DNA of 64,000 nt from an uncultured bacterium. GTDB lineage: Bacteria; Chloroflexota; UBA5177; JANWHV01. Location: contig CAWHAE010000016.1 of assembly GCA_963827235.1 (NCBI GenBank), positions 256,001 through 320,000 of the forward strand. Direction: 5' to 3'. Below, piece by piece: positions 9,596 to 19,383 of the stretch. A program made the translations under genes and the position numbers. Positions within the stretch are counted from its first letter, which is position 1. The number at the start of each line of letters is the position of its first letter. The notes under the pieces were generated by a model. The model searched no databases. It was not told the DNA's origin and saw nothing but the letters and a program-made list of their open reading frames with translations.

Positions 9596-10467
9596 GCGCT
9601 TTGCATGGCACGATGGGTGCGATCGTGCTCTGCGCGTTGCTGTTTGCCGAGGAGACCGGCGTTCCACTGCCGTTGGCGCCCGGCGACCTCATCCTGCTGG
9701 CCGCCGGACTGCTGATAGCCGCGGGCAACCTCTCCCCGTGGCTGTTCGTGCCACTCGCCATCGGCGCGGCAAGCGCCGGTGCTCTCGTCGGCTACACCTG
9801 GACACGGGCGCTAGGCGCACCAGGACTGCAGGCAGTCGCTCGCCGGCTCGGCGTAGAGCGCCATGTCGATCGCCTGAGCGCGCGGCTGCAAACGACGAGA
9901 CCGGCCGGGATCCTGGTCTATCGCCTGATCCCCGGACTACGAGTCACCACCACGCTGGTGGCCGGCGCCGTAGGCGTGCAGAGAAGAACCTTTCTACTCG
10001 GCGTTGTGCCGGCAATCGTGATCTGGGTACTGATCTTTACGGTCCTGGGACTGCTGGCGGGAGTGCCGGTGACGCACTTCCTTAGCTCGCTTGATCAGTA
10101 TGTCCTGCAGGGAGCCGTGCTGCTGTTGGTGGGCGCTGCCGGCTATCTGGCTGCCCGGCACGTGCCGGCTCTACGCGGCACTGACGACAGCCTGCTGGCG
10201 ACGCCGGGGCCGTGGCGCATAGCGCTGGCAGCAGCCCTCGACCTGGGCACCGTATCTTGTATCGTCACCGGTCTGGACCTCCTTGCCCGCGTCTGGCTGA
10301 ACATCGGAGGGATCGACGACTGGGACGATGCCGTGACCACCGGTGTTCTCACCGCCCTGGCGTATCTGGTACTCCTACGCGGAGGCGTCGGGCTCACAGC
10401 CGGCGAGGCGCTTTTCCGAGCCACCTATCGCTCCCGCCGCTGGTGGCGTGGTGGTATCAGCGCCTGA
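9592..10467 (+). CDS. DedA (VTT) family membrane protein with RDD-like C-terminal extension
   Basis: LFAEETGVPLPLAPGDLILLAAG, RLIPGLR, LVAG motifs; GTGA overlap with the upstream stop. Confidence 0.85.
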   Translation: MSALHGTMGAIVLCALLFAEETGVPLPLAPGDLILLAAGLLIAAGNLSPWLFVPLAIGAASAGALVGYTWTRALGAPGLQAVARRLGVERHVDRLSARLQTTRPAGILVYRLIPGLRVTTTLVAGAVGVQRRTFLLGVVPAIVIWVLIFTVLGLLAGVPVTHFLSSLDQYVLQGAVLLLVGAAGYLAARHVPALRGTDDSLLATPGPWRIALAAALDLGTVSCIVTGLDLLARVWLNIGGIDDWDDAVTTGVLTALAYLVLLRGGVGLTAGEALFRATYRSRRWWRGGISA

Positions 10468-10535
10468 ACCTCGAAGGAGTGATAGGCCAAGAGGTCGTCG
10501 GGCGCGGAGCGAGACCGCCCGTCGACATCGCCTCT

Positions 10536-10560
10536 ATACCCTACACGGGTATGGTAAACT
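10536..10560 (+). promoter_or_regulatory. CsoR/CstR-family-like operator overlapping an extended -10 promoter
   Basis: Palindrome ATACCC-tacac-GGGTAT (10536-10552) abutting TGgTAAACT (10552-10560), upstream of the rhodanese. Confidence 0.65.
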
Positions 10561-10641
10561 GTGTGCAGCCGCCGGGTTTCCGGACGAGCACGCCGGCCGG
10601 CGCACGTACGAGTCACAGCGTTTTCGCTTCAGGAGATGTGC

Positions 10642-10989
10642 ATGAGCCCATTTGACCAGTCTCGAAGAACAAATCTCGCGAAAGCCGGGGTCACGATCAC
10701 CGTGCAGGAGGCCCACAGCCTGCAGCAGGAAGGTGCGCAGCTCATCGACGTACGCGAGCCGTACGAGTTCGCCCAAGGACATGCCAGCGGCGCGCGCAAC
10801 ATCCCACTCGACCGGCTTGCCGAGCGACTGACGGAGATCGCTACCGACCGCGTCGTGCTGCTGATCTGCGAGAGTGGTGTGCGGAGCCAGTCGGCACAGG
10901 CCGGCCTGGTCAAGCGCAACATCACTAACACGCGCAACGTGCAGGGAGGCACCGGCGCCTGGCGGCGCGCCGGTCTGCCCATGGAGTAG
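10642..10989 (+). CDS. Single-domain rhodanese (sulfurtransferase)
   Basis: LIDVREPYEFAQGH, active-site loop CESGVRS, GGTGAWRRAGLP; AGGAG RBS. Confidence 0.92.
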   Translation: MSPFDQSRRTNLAKAGVTITVQEAHSLQQEGAQLIDVREPYEFAQGHASGARNIPLDRLAERLTEIATDRVVLLICESGVRSQSAQAGLVKRNITNTRNVQGGTGAWRRAGLPME

Positions 10990-11228
10990 ACCGTTCACCG
11001 CATCAGTGACCTCAGATACTGCCGCGTGCTCGCTACGGTGGAACCGCAGCCACCGGTGCCAGCGCGAAGGCAAAGACGTTTGCCGCGGTACGTTTCGCAA
11101 GAGGGCAACGCTTGTCTGATTGCGGCTCCCATCACAGGCGAATGCAGAGCTCGGTCATGGAAAGGGTACGGGTCTCTTTTCGCCGCGGTCTGGTACTGAC
11201 TGGCGGCAACAGGCCGTGTGAAAAGCGG

Positions 11229-11282
11229 CCGGCCATCGACGGTACCGACTGGGAATACCCGGCCGGTACCGTCGATGGCCGG
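11229..11282. terminator. Long hairpin between the convergent rhodanese and sulfocyanin genes
   Basis: CCGGCCATCGACGGTACCG...CGGTACCGTCGATGGCCGG: 19 perfect bp plus an imperfect extension to a 4-nt loop. Confidence 0.65.
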
Positions 11283-11374
11283 AGCCACACAAGTTGCTCC
11301 CCGCAGCCCGTGGCATGGCGAACGACTCTCCGACGCCTCCACGGAGCAGTCCGACGGCTCGGACCGACTCGGCT

Positions 11375-11890
11375 CTACTCGGTTACCGTTGCCGACTTCG
11401 CCGTCTTGGACACCACGAACGAGTCCCACATGCCCGCCAGCGCATGCCCGGGCACGGCGCAGATCACCATGAATGTGCCGGCCTTGCTGGCTTTGAAGGA
11501 GAACTTCTGAGTCTTGCCCGACGTCACGCCGGAGGTAGGATCGGGCGAATTGGCGCCGGCGAACACGTCGGGCACGGCTGCTGCCGGTGGCGTCTTGGCG
11601 GCCGCGATGAACTGCGCGCTATGAGGCAGGCTAGAGCTGTTGCTGAACACGACGTTCACCGTATCGCCGAGCGGCACGGTGATGGTCAGCTTTCCCTTGG
11701 CGTAGCCGTCGAAGTTGAAGCCGCCGGCGGCGTTCTTGTAGCCGGCGATCAGCGTCAGCGTGACGACCTTGCCCTTCGTCGCCACCCACGTCGGCGCCTT
11801 GGCCAAGGCTGCCGACGACCCCTGCGCTCCAGCGAGCATCGCGGCGACGAGTACTGGGGCGGCAAGGGCATGCATGTATCGCGTCTTCAA
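11375..11890 (-). CDS. Sulfocyanin (SoxE)-like secreted blue copper protein
   Basis: Signal peptide; FNFDGYAKGKLTITVP; type-1 copper ligands PHS and CAVPGHALAGM; TTG start after GGAGGAA. Confidence 0.88.
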   Translation of the reverse strand: MKTRYMHALAAPVLVAAMLAGAQGSSAALAKAPTWVATKGKVVTLTLIAGYKNAAGGFNFDGYAKGKLTITVPLGDTVNVVFSNSSSLPHSAQFIAAAKTPPAAAVPDVFAGANSPDPTSGVTSGKTQKFSFKASKAGTFMVICAVPGHALAGMWDSFVVSKTAKSATVTE

Positions 11891-12163
11891 CGTGTTCCTC
11901 CACTGTAGATTGTGTGACCGGCAAACGCGCGGTCGCATATACTGCTCAGCAGCCTCAGGCACACAGGCGTAGCGCCTGCTCCGGCACACCGCGACGCCGA
12001 GCTGAGCGAGGGGACGGCGCTTCGCGGGGCATACGAAACGCACTAAGCCCGGCAGGCCAGGAGGGTGCTTCCACTTCCACTTTACCTGGAAGGTGATTTG
12101 TGGTCCACGACAAGCGGGCGGCCGCGGCCGCCCGCCGTCGCCGCGATTCAGCTCCGGTTCCGG

Positions 12164-13258
12164 CTAGCAGTCATCCGGCCCACGGCTGTTGGTTGGATCC
12201 AGGACGTTCTCCGGCCGGCCGCTTCGCGAGCTGCGATAGGCGGCCGCCAGGATCTCAACGCTGCGTGCGCCGAGCTCCAGAGGCGAACAATTCTCAACCG
12301 GACGACCCAGGGCCCGATCTACCAGCGCGTCGATCGGGCCTTCGCAGGTGTAGAGCCCCGCATTCGGCTCGAGGTCCAGCTTGAGCTGCCCATACTCGCT
12401 ATTGAAGAGCCACACGGCCTCGCGCCCGAGATCGACTAGCATCTGGCCACCGGCACCCACCACGCGAACCTCCATATGATGCTTGTTGCCTTCCGCTCCC
12501 CAGTGGCCGGACGCGCCGGAGAGAGTGCCAATGGCGCCGTTGTCGTAGCGCACCACGATAGCGTCGTGCAGCTCTACGCCGCTGCCGTACGGCGAGGACA
12601 TGGCGGCATATACCTCGGCGCCCCGCAGGCCGGTAAGCCAGAGTGCGAGTCCCAGCGCGTGAGATAGCTGCGCCTGTCCAAAGCCGCCTCCCGAAAGCTC
12701 GGGATCGGCCCAGGTCGCCGCCCCCGGCGCTGCATCTCCTCCCGCGTAGGTGAACGTCCCGGAGTTGGAGAGCAGGTCGCGCATGGCGAAGGACATGCTG
12801 ATCATCAGCTGTTCCACGCTGCCGATGCCCTTGCCGGATTGCAAGAGCTGCTTCGCCTGGCGAACCGGAAGCTGGTAGTTCCAGCCGTAGGCAACCACCA
12901 CGTCACGGTGGAGGCGGTTGGCAAGAGCCTCCAGGTCCCAAGCCTGCCCGGGATCGATGGTGACCGGCTTCTCGAGAAGCACGGCTGCTCCCGACTGCAG
13001 AGCCGCCCTGGCGTGCTCGTAGTGCAGGGCGGCAGGGCTTGCCACGACGCAGATGTCGACGCCCGCCGCCAGTACGTCGCGGTAGTCCTCGCTGGCGATG
13101 GCGAAGCCATACTGCTCGCGAATCCGCTCCAGCTCGGGCCTCGAGTGGCGGCACACCGCCACGAATTCGACATCGTCGGCCCGGCGGGCCAGGTTGGGCA
13201 GATGCGAGGCGACGGTCCACGCGCCGGCGCCGATGATGCCCAAGCGCAGCTTTGCCAT
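12164..13258 (-). CDS. Gfo/Idh/MocA family oxidoreductase
   Basis: LGIIGAGAW Rossmann motif, VLLEKP, SGGG. Confidence 0.92.
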   Translation of the reverse strand: MAKLRLGIIGAGAWTVASHLPNLARRADDVEFVAVCRHSRPELERIREQYGFAIASEDYRDVLAAGVDICVVASPAALHYEHARAALQSGAAVLLEKPVTIDPGQAWDLEALANRLHRDVVVAYGWNYQLPVRQAKQLLQSGKGIGSVEQLMISMSFAMRDLLSNSGTFTYAGGDAAPGAATWADPELSGGGFGQAQLSHALGLALWLTGLRGAEVYAAMSSPYGSGVELHDAIVVRYDNGAIGTLSGASGHWGAEGNKHHMEVRVVGAGGQMLVDLGREAVWLFNSEYGQLKLDLEPNAGLYTCEGPIDALVDRALGRPVENCSPLELGARSVEILAAAYRSSRSGRPENVLDPTNSRGPDDC

Positions 13259-13314
13259 CTCAGCTCCCTATCGCCGGCCACTGCCGGCAAGGGCTACTCC
13301 GGCCATCCCGCGGG

Positions 13315-14265
13315 TCAGATGTCCTCGGTCTCACCGCCGATCGCCCGCAGCTCGTCCCATAGCTCGGTAGGAATGGGGAGCCGGGCCAGTTCCAGCGTTT
13401 GCGACAACCGCTCCGGCCGGCTGATGCCGACTATCGTCGACGCGAAGCTCCGTTCGCGCAACGAGAACTGCAGCGCCGCCGCCGCGAGCGGTACGCCTTC
13501 CCTCGCGCAGGCGGCCTCCATCGCAGCGGCGCGAGCAAGCAGATCGGGCGATGCCGCGGCGTAGGCGTAGCGTGGTACCGCTGCCGGGCCCTTGCTCAGC
13601 ATACCGCCGCCGAACGGCGCCGCGTTCACGGCCGCCACGCCGCGACCGGAGGCCAGTGTGAGCAGCCTGCGCGCCGCCACGTTGAGCAGGGTGAAGCGAT
13701 TGTGAGAAAGAACGACCTCGAAGTTGCCCGTCTCCACGTAGCGAGCCATCAAATTGATCGGTCCGCCCGCCACCCCAGCATGACCAATCAAGCCCTCGTC
13801 CTTGCAACGCAGCAGCGCATCCATGGGCCCGCCAGGCGAAGTGCCTTGCTCGAACGAGATACTCTCCACGTCATGCAGATACACGAGTTGCAACCTATCG
13901 AGGCTCAGCAACCGCAGGCTACGCTCCAGGCTGCGACGCACCTGGTCGCCGCTGTAGTCGCGGGTGACCGCATCCGGATCCACTTTCGTGGCCAGGACGA
14001 AGCCCGGCGGCAACCCGCCTATCTCGCGCAGCGCGAGGCCGATTCGACGCTCGCTCTCGCCGTCGCTATAGCCGCCTGCCGTGTCCATGAAGTTGACAGG
14101 TCCCTGGAAGACAGCGCGCAGCGTGGCGAGTGCACGCTCCTCGCCGACAGGGTAAAACAGCTCCGGCATGTTTCCCAGCACTGCGGTGCCGATGCAGAGT
14201 GGCGTGACGCGCAACCCTGTAGTTCCCAGATCGCGAAGCGGCAACGGGTCCGCCATCTCATTCAT
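13315..14265 (-). CDS. Aldo/keto reductase (aldose dehydrogenase-like subfamily)
   Basis: DTAGGYSDGESERRIG, LATKV, LVYLHD, LAAAALQFSL. Confidence 0.9.
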   Translation of the reverse strand: MNEMADPLPLRDLGTTGLRVTPLCIGTAVLGNMPELFYPVGEERALATLRAVFQGPVNFMDTAGGYSDGESERRIGLALREIGGLPPGFVLATKVDPDAVTRDYSGDQVRRSLERSLRLLSLDRLQLVYLHDVESISFEQGTSPGGPMDALLRCKDEGLIGHAGVAGGPINLMARYVETGNFEVVLSHNRFTLLNVAARRLLTLASGRGVAAVNAAPFGGGMLSKGPAAVPRYAYAAASPDLLARAAAMEAACAREGVPLAAAALQFSLRERSFASTIVGISRPERLSQTLELARLPIPTELWDELRAIGGETEDI

Positions 14266-14371
14266 ACTGAAACCGTCCCTTTCCCGTCGATAACCGGGAT
14301 TGCCGGCCCGCACGGCACGTCCGGCCAACACTGCGCGCTCCTGCCGATGTCGTGCCGGATCTCGGCCGGGT

Positions 14372-15712
14372 TCACTCGACCAACGCGTTGGCGCGGGTGA
14401 CCCTGCCGAACCAGCGCCCGCTGTCCTTGACGATCCGCCGCTGCGTCGGATAGTCGGTGTAGCTGAGGCCGAACCTCCGGCTGGTGCCGTACGCCCACTC
14501 GAAATTGTCCAGCAGCGTCCAGCAGAAGTAACCCTGCACAGGAACGCCCTCTTCGATAGCGCGCAGAACCACCTGTAGGTGCTCCTTCAGGTAGCGTTGC
14601 CGCTCCGGATCGTGGACGGCACCGTCCTCGCCGAGCCGATCGTCGAAGGCTGCGCCGTTCTCGGTGATCAGCAGGCGGGCAATACCGCAGTCGTTCTTGA
14701 GCCAGGTCAGCAGGTCGTAGAGACCCTGGGGATAGATCTCCCAGTCGGCGGCCGTGACGTTCGCGTTGTCACGAATGTTGATGACAGGAAAGCCCGCGTT
14801 TGGGGCGTCGGCCCGGCAGACGGTTCTCGTGTAGTAGTTGATGCCCAGGAAGTCGAGAGGAGCAGCGATCGCTTCCAGGTCGCCTTCCACGATCGCCGGA
14901 ACGTCGGCGCCATATGCGTCCCACGCCTCACGCGGATACCCGCGCCCCAGGACGGGATCCAAGAACCAGCGATTCTGCCGTTCATGTAGCAGCCGCGCGG
15001 ACGCCTGGTCGGCCGGCGATTCGGTGGCCGGGTAAGTCGGGCTGAAATTCAACACGATGCCCACGCTTGCCTTCGGGCTGCGTGCGCGAATCACCGGCAC
15101 CGCACGCCCGTGAGACAGCAGCACGTGGTGGGCAACCTGCAGCGCCAGCGCTCGATCCCTGAGCCCTGGGGCGTGCTCGCCTGACTCGTGTCCCAGATAG
15201 GCGGTGCACAGTGGCTCGTTGTGGGTCATCCAGTGCGTCACCCGGTCTCCCAATCGGCCGACGGTGATATCGACGTAGCGCTCAAACGCGTCGACAGTTG
15301 CGCGATCGGCCCAGCCGCCGTGGTCCTGTAATGCCTGCGGCAGGTCCCAGTGGTAGAGCGTCACGTAGGGCTGGACTCCCGCGTCCAGGAGCTCATCGAC
15401 CAGGCGGTCGTAGAAGTCCAGCCCGGGCGTATTGATCTCGCCGGAGCCGTCGGGGACGATGCGCGGCCAGGCCGTGGAAAACCGGTAGGCATTCAGCCCG
15501 AGCTCGCCCATGATCAGGGTATCCTCGGCGTGCCTGTGATAGGAGTCGCAGGCCGGCTCGCCGGTTTCCCCGGTTACGATCTTGCCGGGCGTTGCCGCAA
15601 AGCGATCCCAGATCGACTCACCGCGGCCATCCTCCTTGGTCGCTCCTTCAATCTGGAATGACGCCGTAGCCGCCCCCCATAGAAAGCCCGGGGGGAAAGT
15701 CCGAGTTGCCAT
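14372..15712 (-). CDS. GH1 beta-glucosidase
   Basis: FLWGAATASFQIEGA, TLYHWDLPQ, acid/base HNEP, nucleophile ITENG, DNFEW. Confidence 0.97.
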   Translation of the reverse strand: MATRTFPPGFLWGAATASFQIEGATKEDGRGESIWDRFAATPGKIVTGETGEPACDSYHRHAEDTLIMGELGLNAYRFSTAWPRIVPDGSGEINTPGLDFYDRLVDELLDAGVQPYVTLYHWDLPQALQDHGGWADRATVDAFERYVDITVGRLGDRVTHWMTHNEPLCTAYLGHESGEHAPGLRDRALALQVAHHVLLSHGRAVPVIRARSPKASVGIVLNFSPTYPATESPADQASARLLHERQNRWFLDPVLGRGYPREAWDAYGADVPAIVEGDLEAIAAPLDFLGINYYTRTVCRADAPNAGFPVINIRDNANVTAADWEIYPQGLYDLLTWLKNDCGIARLLITENGAAFDDRLGEDGAVHDPERQRYLKEHLQVVLRAIEEGVPVQGYFCWTLLDNFEWAYGTSRRFGLSYTDYPTQRRIVKDSGRWFGRVTRANALVE

Positions 15713-15783
15713 GCCGCCGTCCACCTCTCAGTTGTCGTAGTGGGGCGCGAACGCCGAATACAGCCCGTGCGGGCAGATCAAGC

Positions 15784-16236
15784 TCACACGTCCTCGAGTA
15801 ACTCCAATATAAGGCCCAGCCGCGCCACACTGTCGCAATAGGCGTAGCTGCCGCCCGTGTAGTCACCGCGCTGGATAAGTGGCATGCCGCCGGACGCCAG
15901 GTAGGCCAGCCTATCCGGCATGTTCTCTACTCTGAAGGCGACATGATGGAGGCTGTCACCGTGTTGCTCCAATTGGTCCCGCCATGTGCTGGGCCCGCCT
16001 ATCGGCTCGATGAGCTCAACCTGCACCGGACCCATCTGGAAGAACGCCTGCCGTACCCGCGCCGGCGTCGGTTCCCCGCGGTATTCCGTGTGCGCCTTCT
16101 CGACCGGGTCGGAAGTGATAATCTCGGGCTCGGGCAGGCCAAATGTCGTGGCCCAGGCTCGAATGGTAGCTTCGAGGTCCCGCACGATGAGACCGATTTG
16201 TACGATAGACGTCGTGCCGAGGTTGCTCTGTTCCAT
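15784..16236 (-). CDS. VOC family protein (methylmalonyl-CoA epimerase-like)
   Basis: QIGLIVRDL, VELIEP, LHHVAF, ILELLE metal-ligand pattern. Confidence 0.88.
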   Translation of the reverse strand: MEQSNLGTTSIVQIGLIVRDLEATIRAWATTFGLPEPEIITSDPVEKAHTEYRGEPTPARVRQAFFQMGPVQVELIEPIGGPSTWRDQLEQHGDSLHHVAFRVENMPDRLAYLASGGMPLIQRGDYTGGSYAYCDSVARLGLILELLEDV

Positions 16237-16337
16237 GTTCGACTCTCCTGTTTGTTCCGCTGAGCACTTCACGCCACGTCGGTTCCGTGGGCGTCGAGTC
16301 CGCGAAAGTGGGGCGGCCCCGGGCAGTCACCTGCCTA

Positions 16338-17171
16338 CTACAAAGCTACGTGCACCTCCTGCGCCACGGCACGAATGTGCCGAGCGGCTTCAGCGTACTT
16401 ATCGGCAGTCGGCAAGTGTTCCAACATCAGTGGAGTGTCGGGATCGAGCCGGCCGAGCTCTCGCAGATAGGTGCCGTAGTCCAGCGCGCCGAGGCCGGGC
16501 CGCACCTCGTCAAGGTGCACGAGCGACTGAGGCCGCAGTGCTACGTCCTTGGCGTGACAGCTCTTGATATAAGGACCCAGGACGGCAAAGCAGGCCTTGA
16601 TCAGGCCGGCGTTGTCGAAATAGCGCTGGGGACTGCAGATGAGGTTGACCGGATCCAGGTGCACGGCAAACGCCGAGCGATCGACGGCCTTGATGATAGA
16701 AAGATAGGACTCGGGCGAGTCCGGATAGATCCACTGCATCATCTCGAGAGTGTAGAAGGTTCGCCGGGGCTTGACAGCGTCGATGATCGCACGCACCGTG
16801 TCGATGATCAACTCGAGCGTGTCCTGGGTGAGATTGGCCGAATGCGGCCCGTCCCAGACCTCTCCGCGTGATCCGGCGATATTGACGCAACAGCGCGCCC
16901 CAATGGCGTCGGCGAGCGCAAGCCGCTCCTGACACATTGCCACGGCCGCCGTACAGGCCGCAGGATCGGGACCGATCGGGTTACACCAAGCGCCGACCTC
17001 GGCTATGACCACGCCGGCCTGGCGCGCAGCCTGTTCGTAGGACGAGATCGCCGCTCCATCGCGAGGGCTGTCCAGCGGGCAGAGCGCGGCGCGGTACCCG
17101 TGGCGCCGTACGAGGTCGGTCCATTCTGTCGCATTACTCCAGTCACCGAACAGGGGCCCACCAAGTCGCAT
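16338..17171 (-). CDS. Sugar phosphate isomerase/epimerase (xylose isomerase-like TIM barrel)
   Basis: TLEMM, HLDPVN, CHAKD, MLEH metal-binding motifs. Confidence 0.88.
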   Translation of the reverse strand: MRLGGPLFGDWSNATEWTDLVRRHGYRAALCPLDSPRDGAAISSYEQAARQAGVVIAEVGAWCNPIGPDPAACTAAVAMCQERLALADAIGARCCVNIAGSRGEVWDGPHSANLTQDTLELIIDTVRAIIDAVKPRRTFYTLEMMQWIYPDSPESYLSIIKAVDRSAFAVHLDPVNLICSPQRYFDNAGLIKACFAVLGPYIKSCHAKDVALRPQSLVHLDEVRPGLGALDYGTYLRELGRLDPDTPLMLEHLPTADKYAEAARHIRAVAQEVHVAL

Positions 17172-17295
17172 CTTCTACTCCTTGTCACAGAGGGAGAGAC
17201 TCACGTGCCGAGCAGCGTGCTCCGCCTTCCGCTGGCCCGCCGATGCCGGCATCGTCGTCGTCCGCGCACATATGCCATCCGGGGACGTACCCACC

Positions 17296-18222
17296 TCAGG
17301 TGAGCCGCAGCCGAGGCAGCACATCGGCGGTGAACTGCTGCAGTCCAGCCGTGGCGGGAAAATCGGCGAAGCGAAGCATGAAGTGCCGCACGCCGAGCTC
17401 GACGAAGGTCTGCAGCTCGTCGGCGACCTGCGTGCTACCCCCCACGAGGAAATGGACATCCGGCCGCTGCGGCTCACCCCCGGTGCCGGTGAGATCCACG
17501 ACACTGAAATATGTGAGCTCGAGCTCACGCGCGTCGCGCCCCAGCTGCGCGCAGTGCCGTGCCAGCGCCGACTTCTTCTCGGCAAAGCTGTCGACGGTCA
17601 GAAAGGATCCGTTCCACATGTCCGCCTGTGCCGCGGTCACCCTGAGCGTACGGTCTCCGTTTCCTCCGACCATGATGGGAAACGGCATGCTGGGGCGCGG
17701 CTCGCAGTAGGCATCGCGAATCGAGTAGTGGGCTCCGGTGAAGCTGGCCGGACTCTGCGAGAACATCGCCTTGATCAGCCTGATCGCCTCGTCGAGCTGA
17801 TCGATTCGCACGCCCGATCTGGGAAAGTCCAGCCCGTATGCCTCGTGTTCGTCGCGCTTCCAGCCGGCACCAAGGCCCAATATGAATCGTCCCCCGGATA
17901 GCAGCTGCAGATTGGCCGCCATCTTGGCTGTGAGGGCCGGGCTGCGATAGCGCTGCCCGAGCACCAGCGTGCCGATACGAAAGCGCGGACACAACGCCGC
18001 GAAGAAGGACGCCGTGGTAAGCGCCTCGAAGGTTGGGTCTGAGCCCCACTGAAAATGGTCCTCGAACCACAACGTGGTGAAGGCCTGCGGCAGCGCCTCC
18101 ACGTACGCGCGGTTCGCGTCGCGGAGCGCGGTTGCGTCGGCAAGCTTCTCAGCCGGGGTTGTTCCCTTTGCCGTCCGCGTGGGCGTGATCGCCCAACCAA
18201 ATGTCACCGGCTGCGCATTCAT
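17296..18222 (-). CDS. LLM class flavin/F420-dependent oxidoreductase
   Basis: LWFEDHF, IGTLVL...YRSPALTAKMAA, SGGRFILGLGAGW, PIMVGGNG. Confidence 0.9.
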   Translation of the reverse strand: MNAQPVTFGWAITPTRTAKGTTPAEKLADATALRDANRAYVEALPQAFTTLWFEDHFQWGSDPTFEALTTASFFAALCPRFRIGTLVLGQRYRSPALTAKMAANLQLLSGGRFILGLGAGWKRDEHEAYGLDFPRSGVRIDQLDEAIRLIKAMFSQSPASFTGAHYSIRDAYCEPRPSMPFPIMVGGNGDRTLRVTAAQADMWNGSFLTVDSFAEKKSALARHCAQLGRDARELELTYFSVVDLTGTGGEPQRPDVHFLVGGSTQVADELQTFVELGVRHFMLRFADFPATAGLQQFTADVLPRLRLT

Positions 18223-18432
18223 GCGTCGACCTTTCTGCTCACAGGCGCTCGAATACACGCGCCGTCGATACTGAGTGCTGCGTCCATTGCCAACGGTACC
18301 GCCGCTCGATCTGCCCACACGGCAATCTTCGGGCCGGATTGGGTCGCCAGCCTCTGGGCGGGAGCCGCACTCCGCTCCAACCGCGGTCACGAGACCATGC
18401 GTTGAGGCGGTACGGGACGCTCCCTTGAACCG

Positions 18433-19341
18433 CTAGAGCTTCAAACCGGAGGACACCAACCCTTCCACGTAGAACCGTCCCAGAAACAGGAACAGTATAG
18501 CCAGCGGTATAGATCCGATGACGTAGCTGGCAAATACAGGGCCCCAGATGCCGTAGGTGCCGCTGGTCGACGTCAGAGCGCTCTGCGTCAGTGAGTAGAG
18601 CCCGACGCTGATCACTTGGATGTTGTCGTTGCTGATCGTGACAAGCGGCCATAAAAATGAGTTCCACTGGTACACGACGTGGAGCACCGCCAGCACCGCC
18701 ATCATGGGCAGCACGAGGGGCAGGGTGATCCTGAATACCAGCGTCGCCCAGCCGGCACCGTCTATCTCGGCCGCTTCGTACAGCTCGTTTGGCAGACTCT
18801 CGATGTAGGTGCGCAGCAGAAAAATGCCGAAGACCGGACCACTGGCCGCGCTCGGAATGATCAGCGCCAGGTACGTGTCCAACAGGCCGAGGGACTTGTA
18901 CTCCAGGAACTGGGGCACGAAGGAGACGATCCAGGGCACCATCAGCAGCGAGATCACCATATAGTAGAGCTGCTCCCGGAAGGGAAAGCGCATACGCGCA
19001 AACACGTGGCCGCCGACCAGCGAGAAGAGCAGCACGACCACGCCGCTCGCCACGGTCACCAGCAACGTGTTGAATATGTAGCCGTCGACGGTCTGCCAGG
19101 CGGTGACGTAATTGTCCAGCCTCATGGGCAAGGACAGAGTCCAGCGATGATATTCGTACTGCAGCGGCGTCTTGACGGAGTCCAGCGCGATCAGCACGAT
19201 GGGATAGAAAGCCAGCACGAACACGGCGACGAGCACCACGTGAATCATCGCCTGCGGCGTCCGCCGCCGTAGCCTGGCGTTGCCGCTCCGGCCTTGACCC
19301 GCTCGCCGGGCGAGAATCATCGCATAACTCCCCTTGGACAC
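18433..19341 (-). CDS. Carbohydrate ABC transporter permease (MalG-like)
   Basis: EAA loop ELYEAAEIDGA; WNSFLWPL; multiple TM helices. Exact start uncertain. Confidence 0.92.
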   Translation of the reverse strand: MSKGSYAMILARRAGQGRSGNARLRRRTPQAMIHVVLVAVFVLAFYPIVLIALDSVKTPLQYEYHRWTLSLPMRLDNYVTAWQTVDGYIFNTLLVTVASGVVVLLFSLVGGHVFARMRFPFREQLYYMVISLLMVPWIVSFVPQFLEYKSLGLLDTYLALIIPSAASGPVFGIFLLRTYIESLPNELYEAAEIDGAGWATLVFRITLPLVLPMMAVLAVLHVVYQWNSFLWPLVTISNDNIQVISVGLYSLTQSALTSTSGTYGIWGPVFASYVIGSIPLAILFLFLGRFYVEGLVSSGLKL

Positions 19342-19383
19342 TCGGCTCGAATGGTATGCGTGTGAAGCCGAAAGGCGGCTGAG

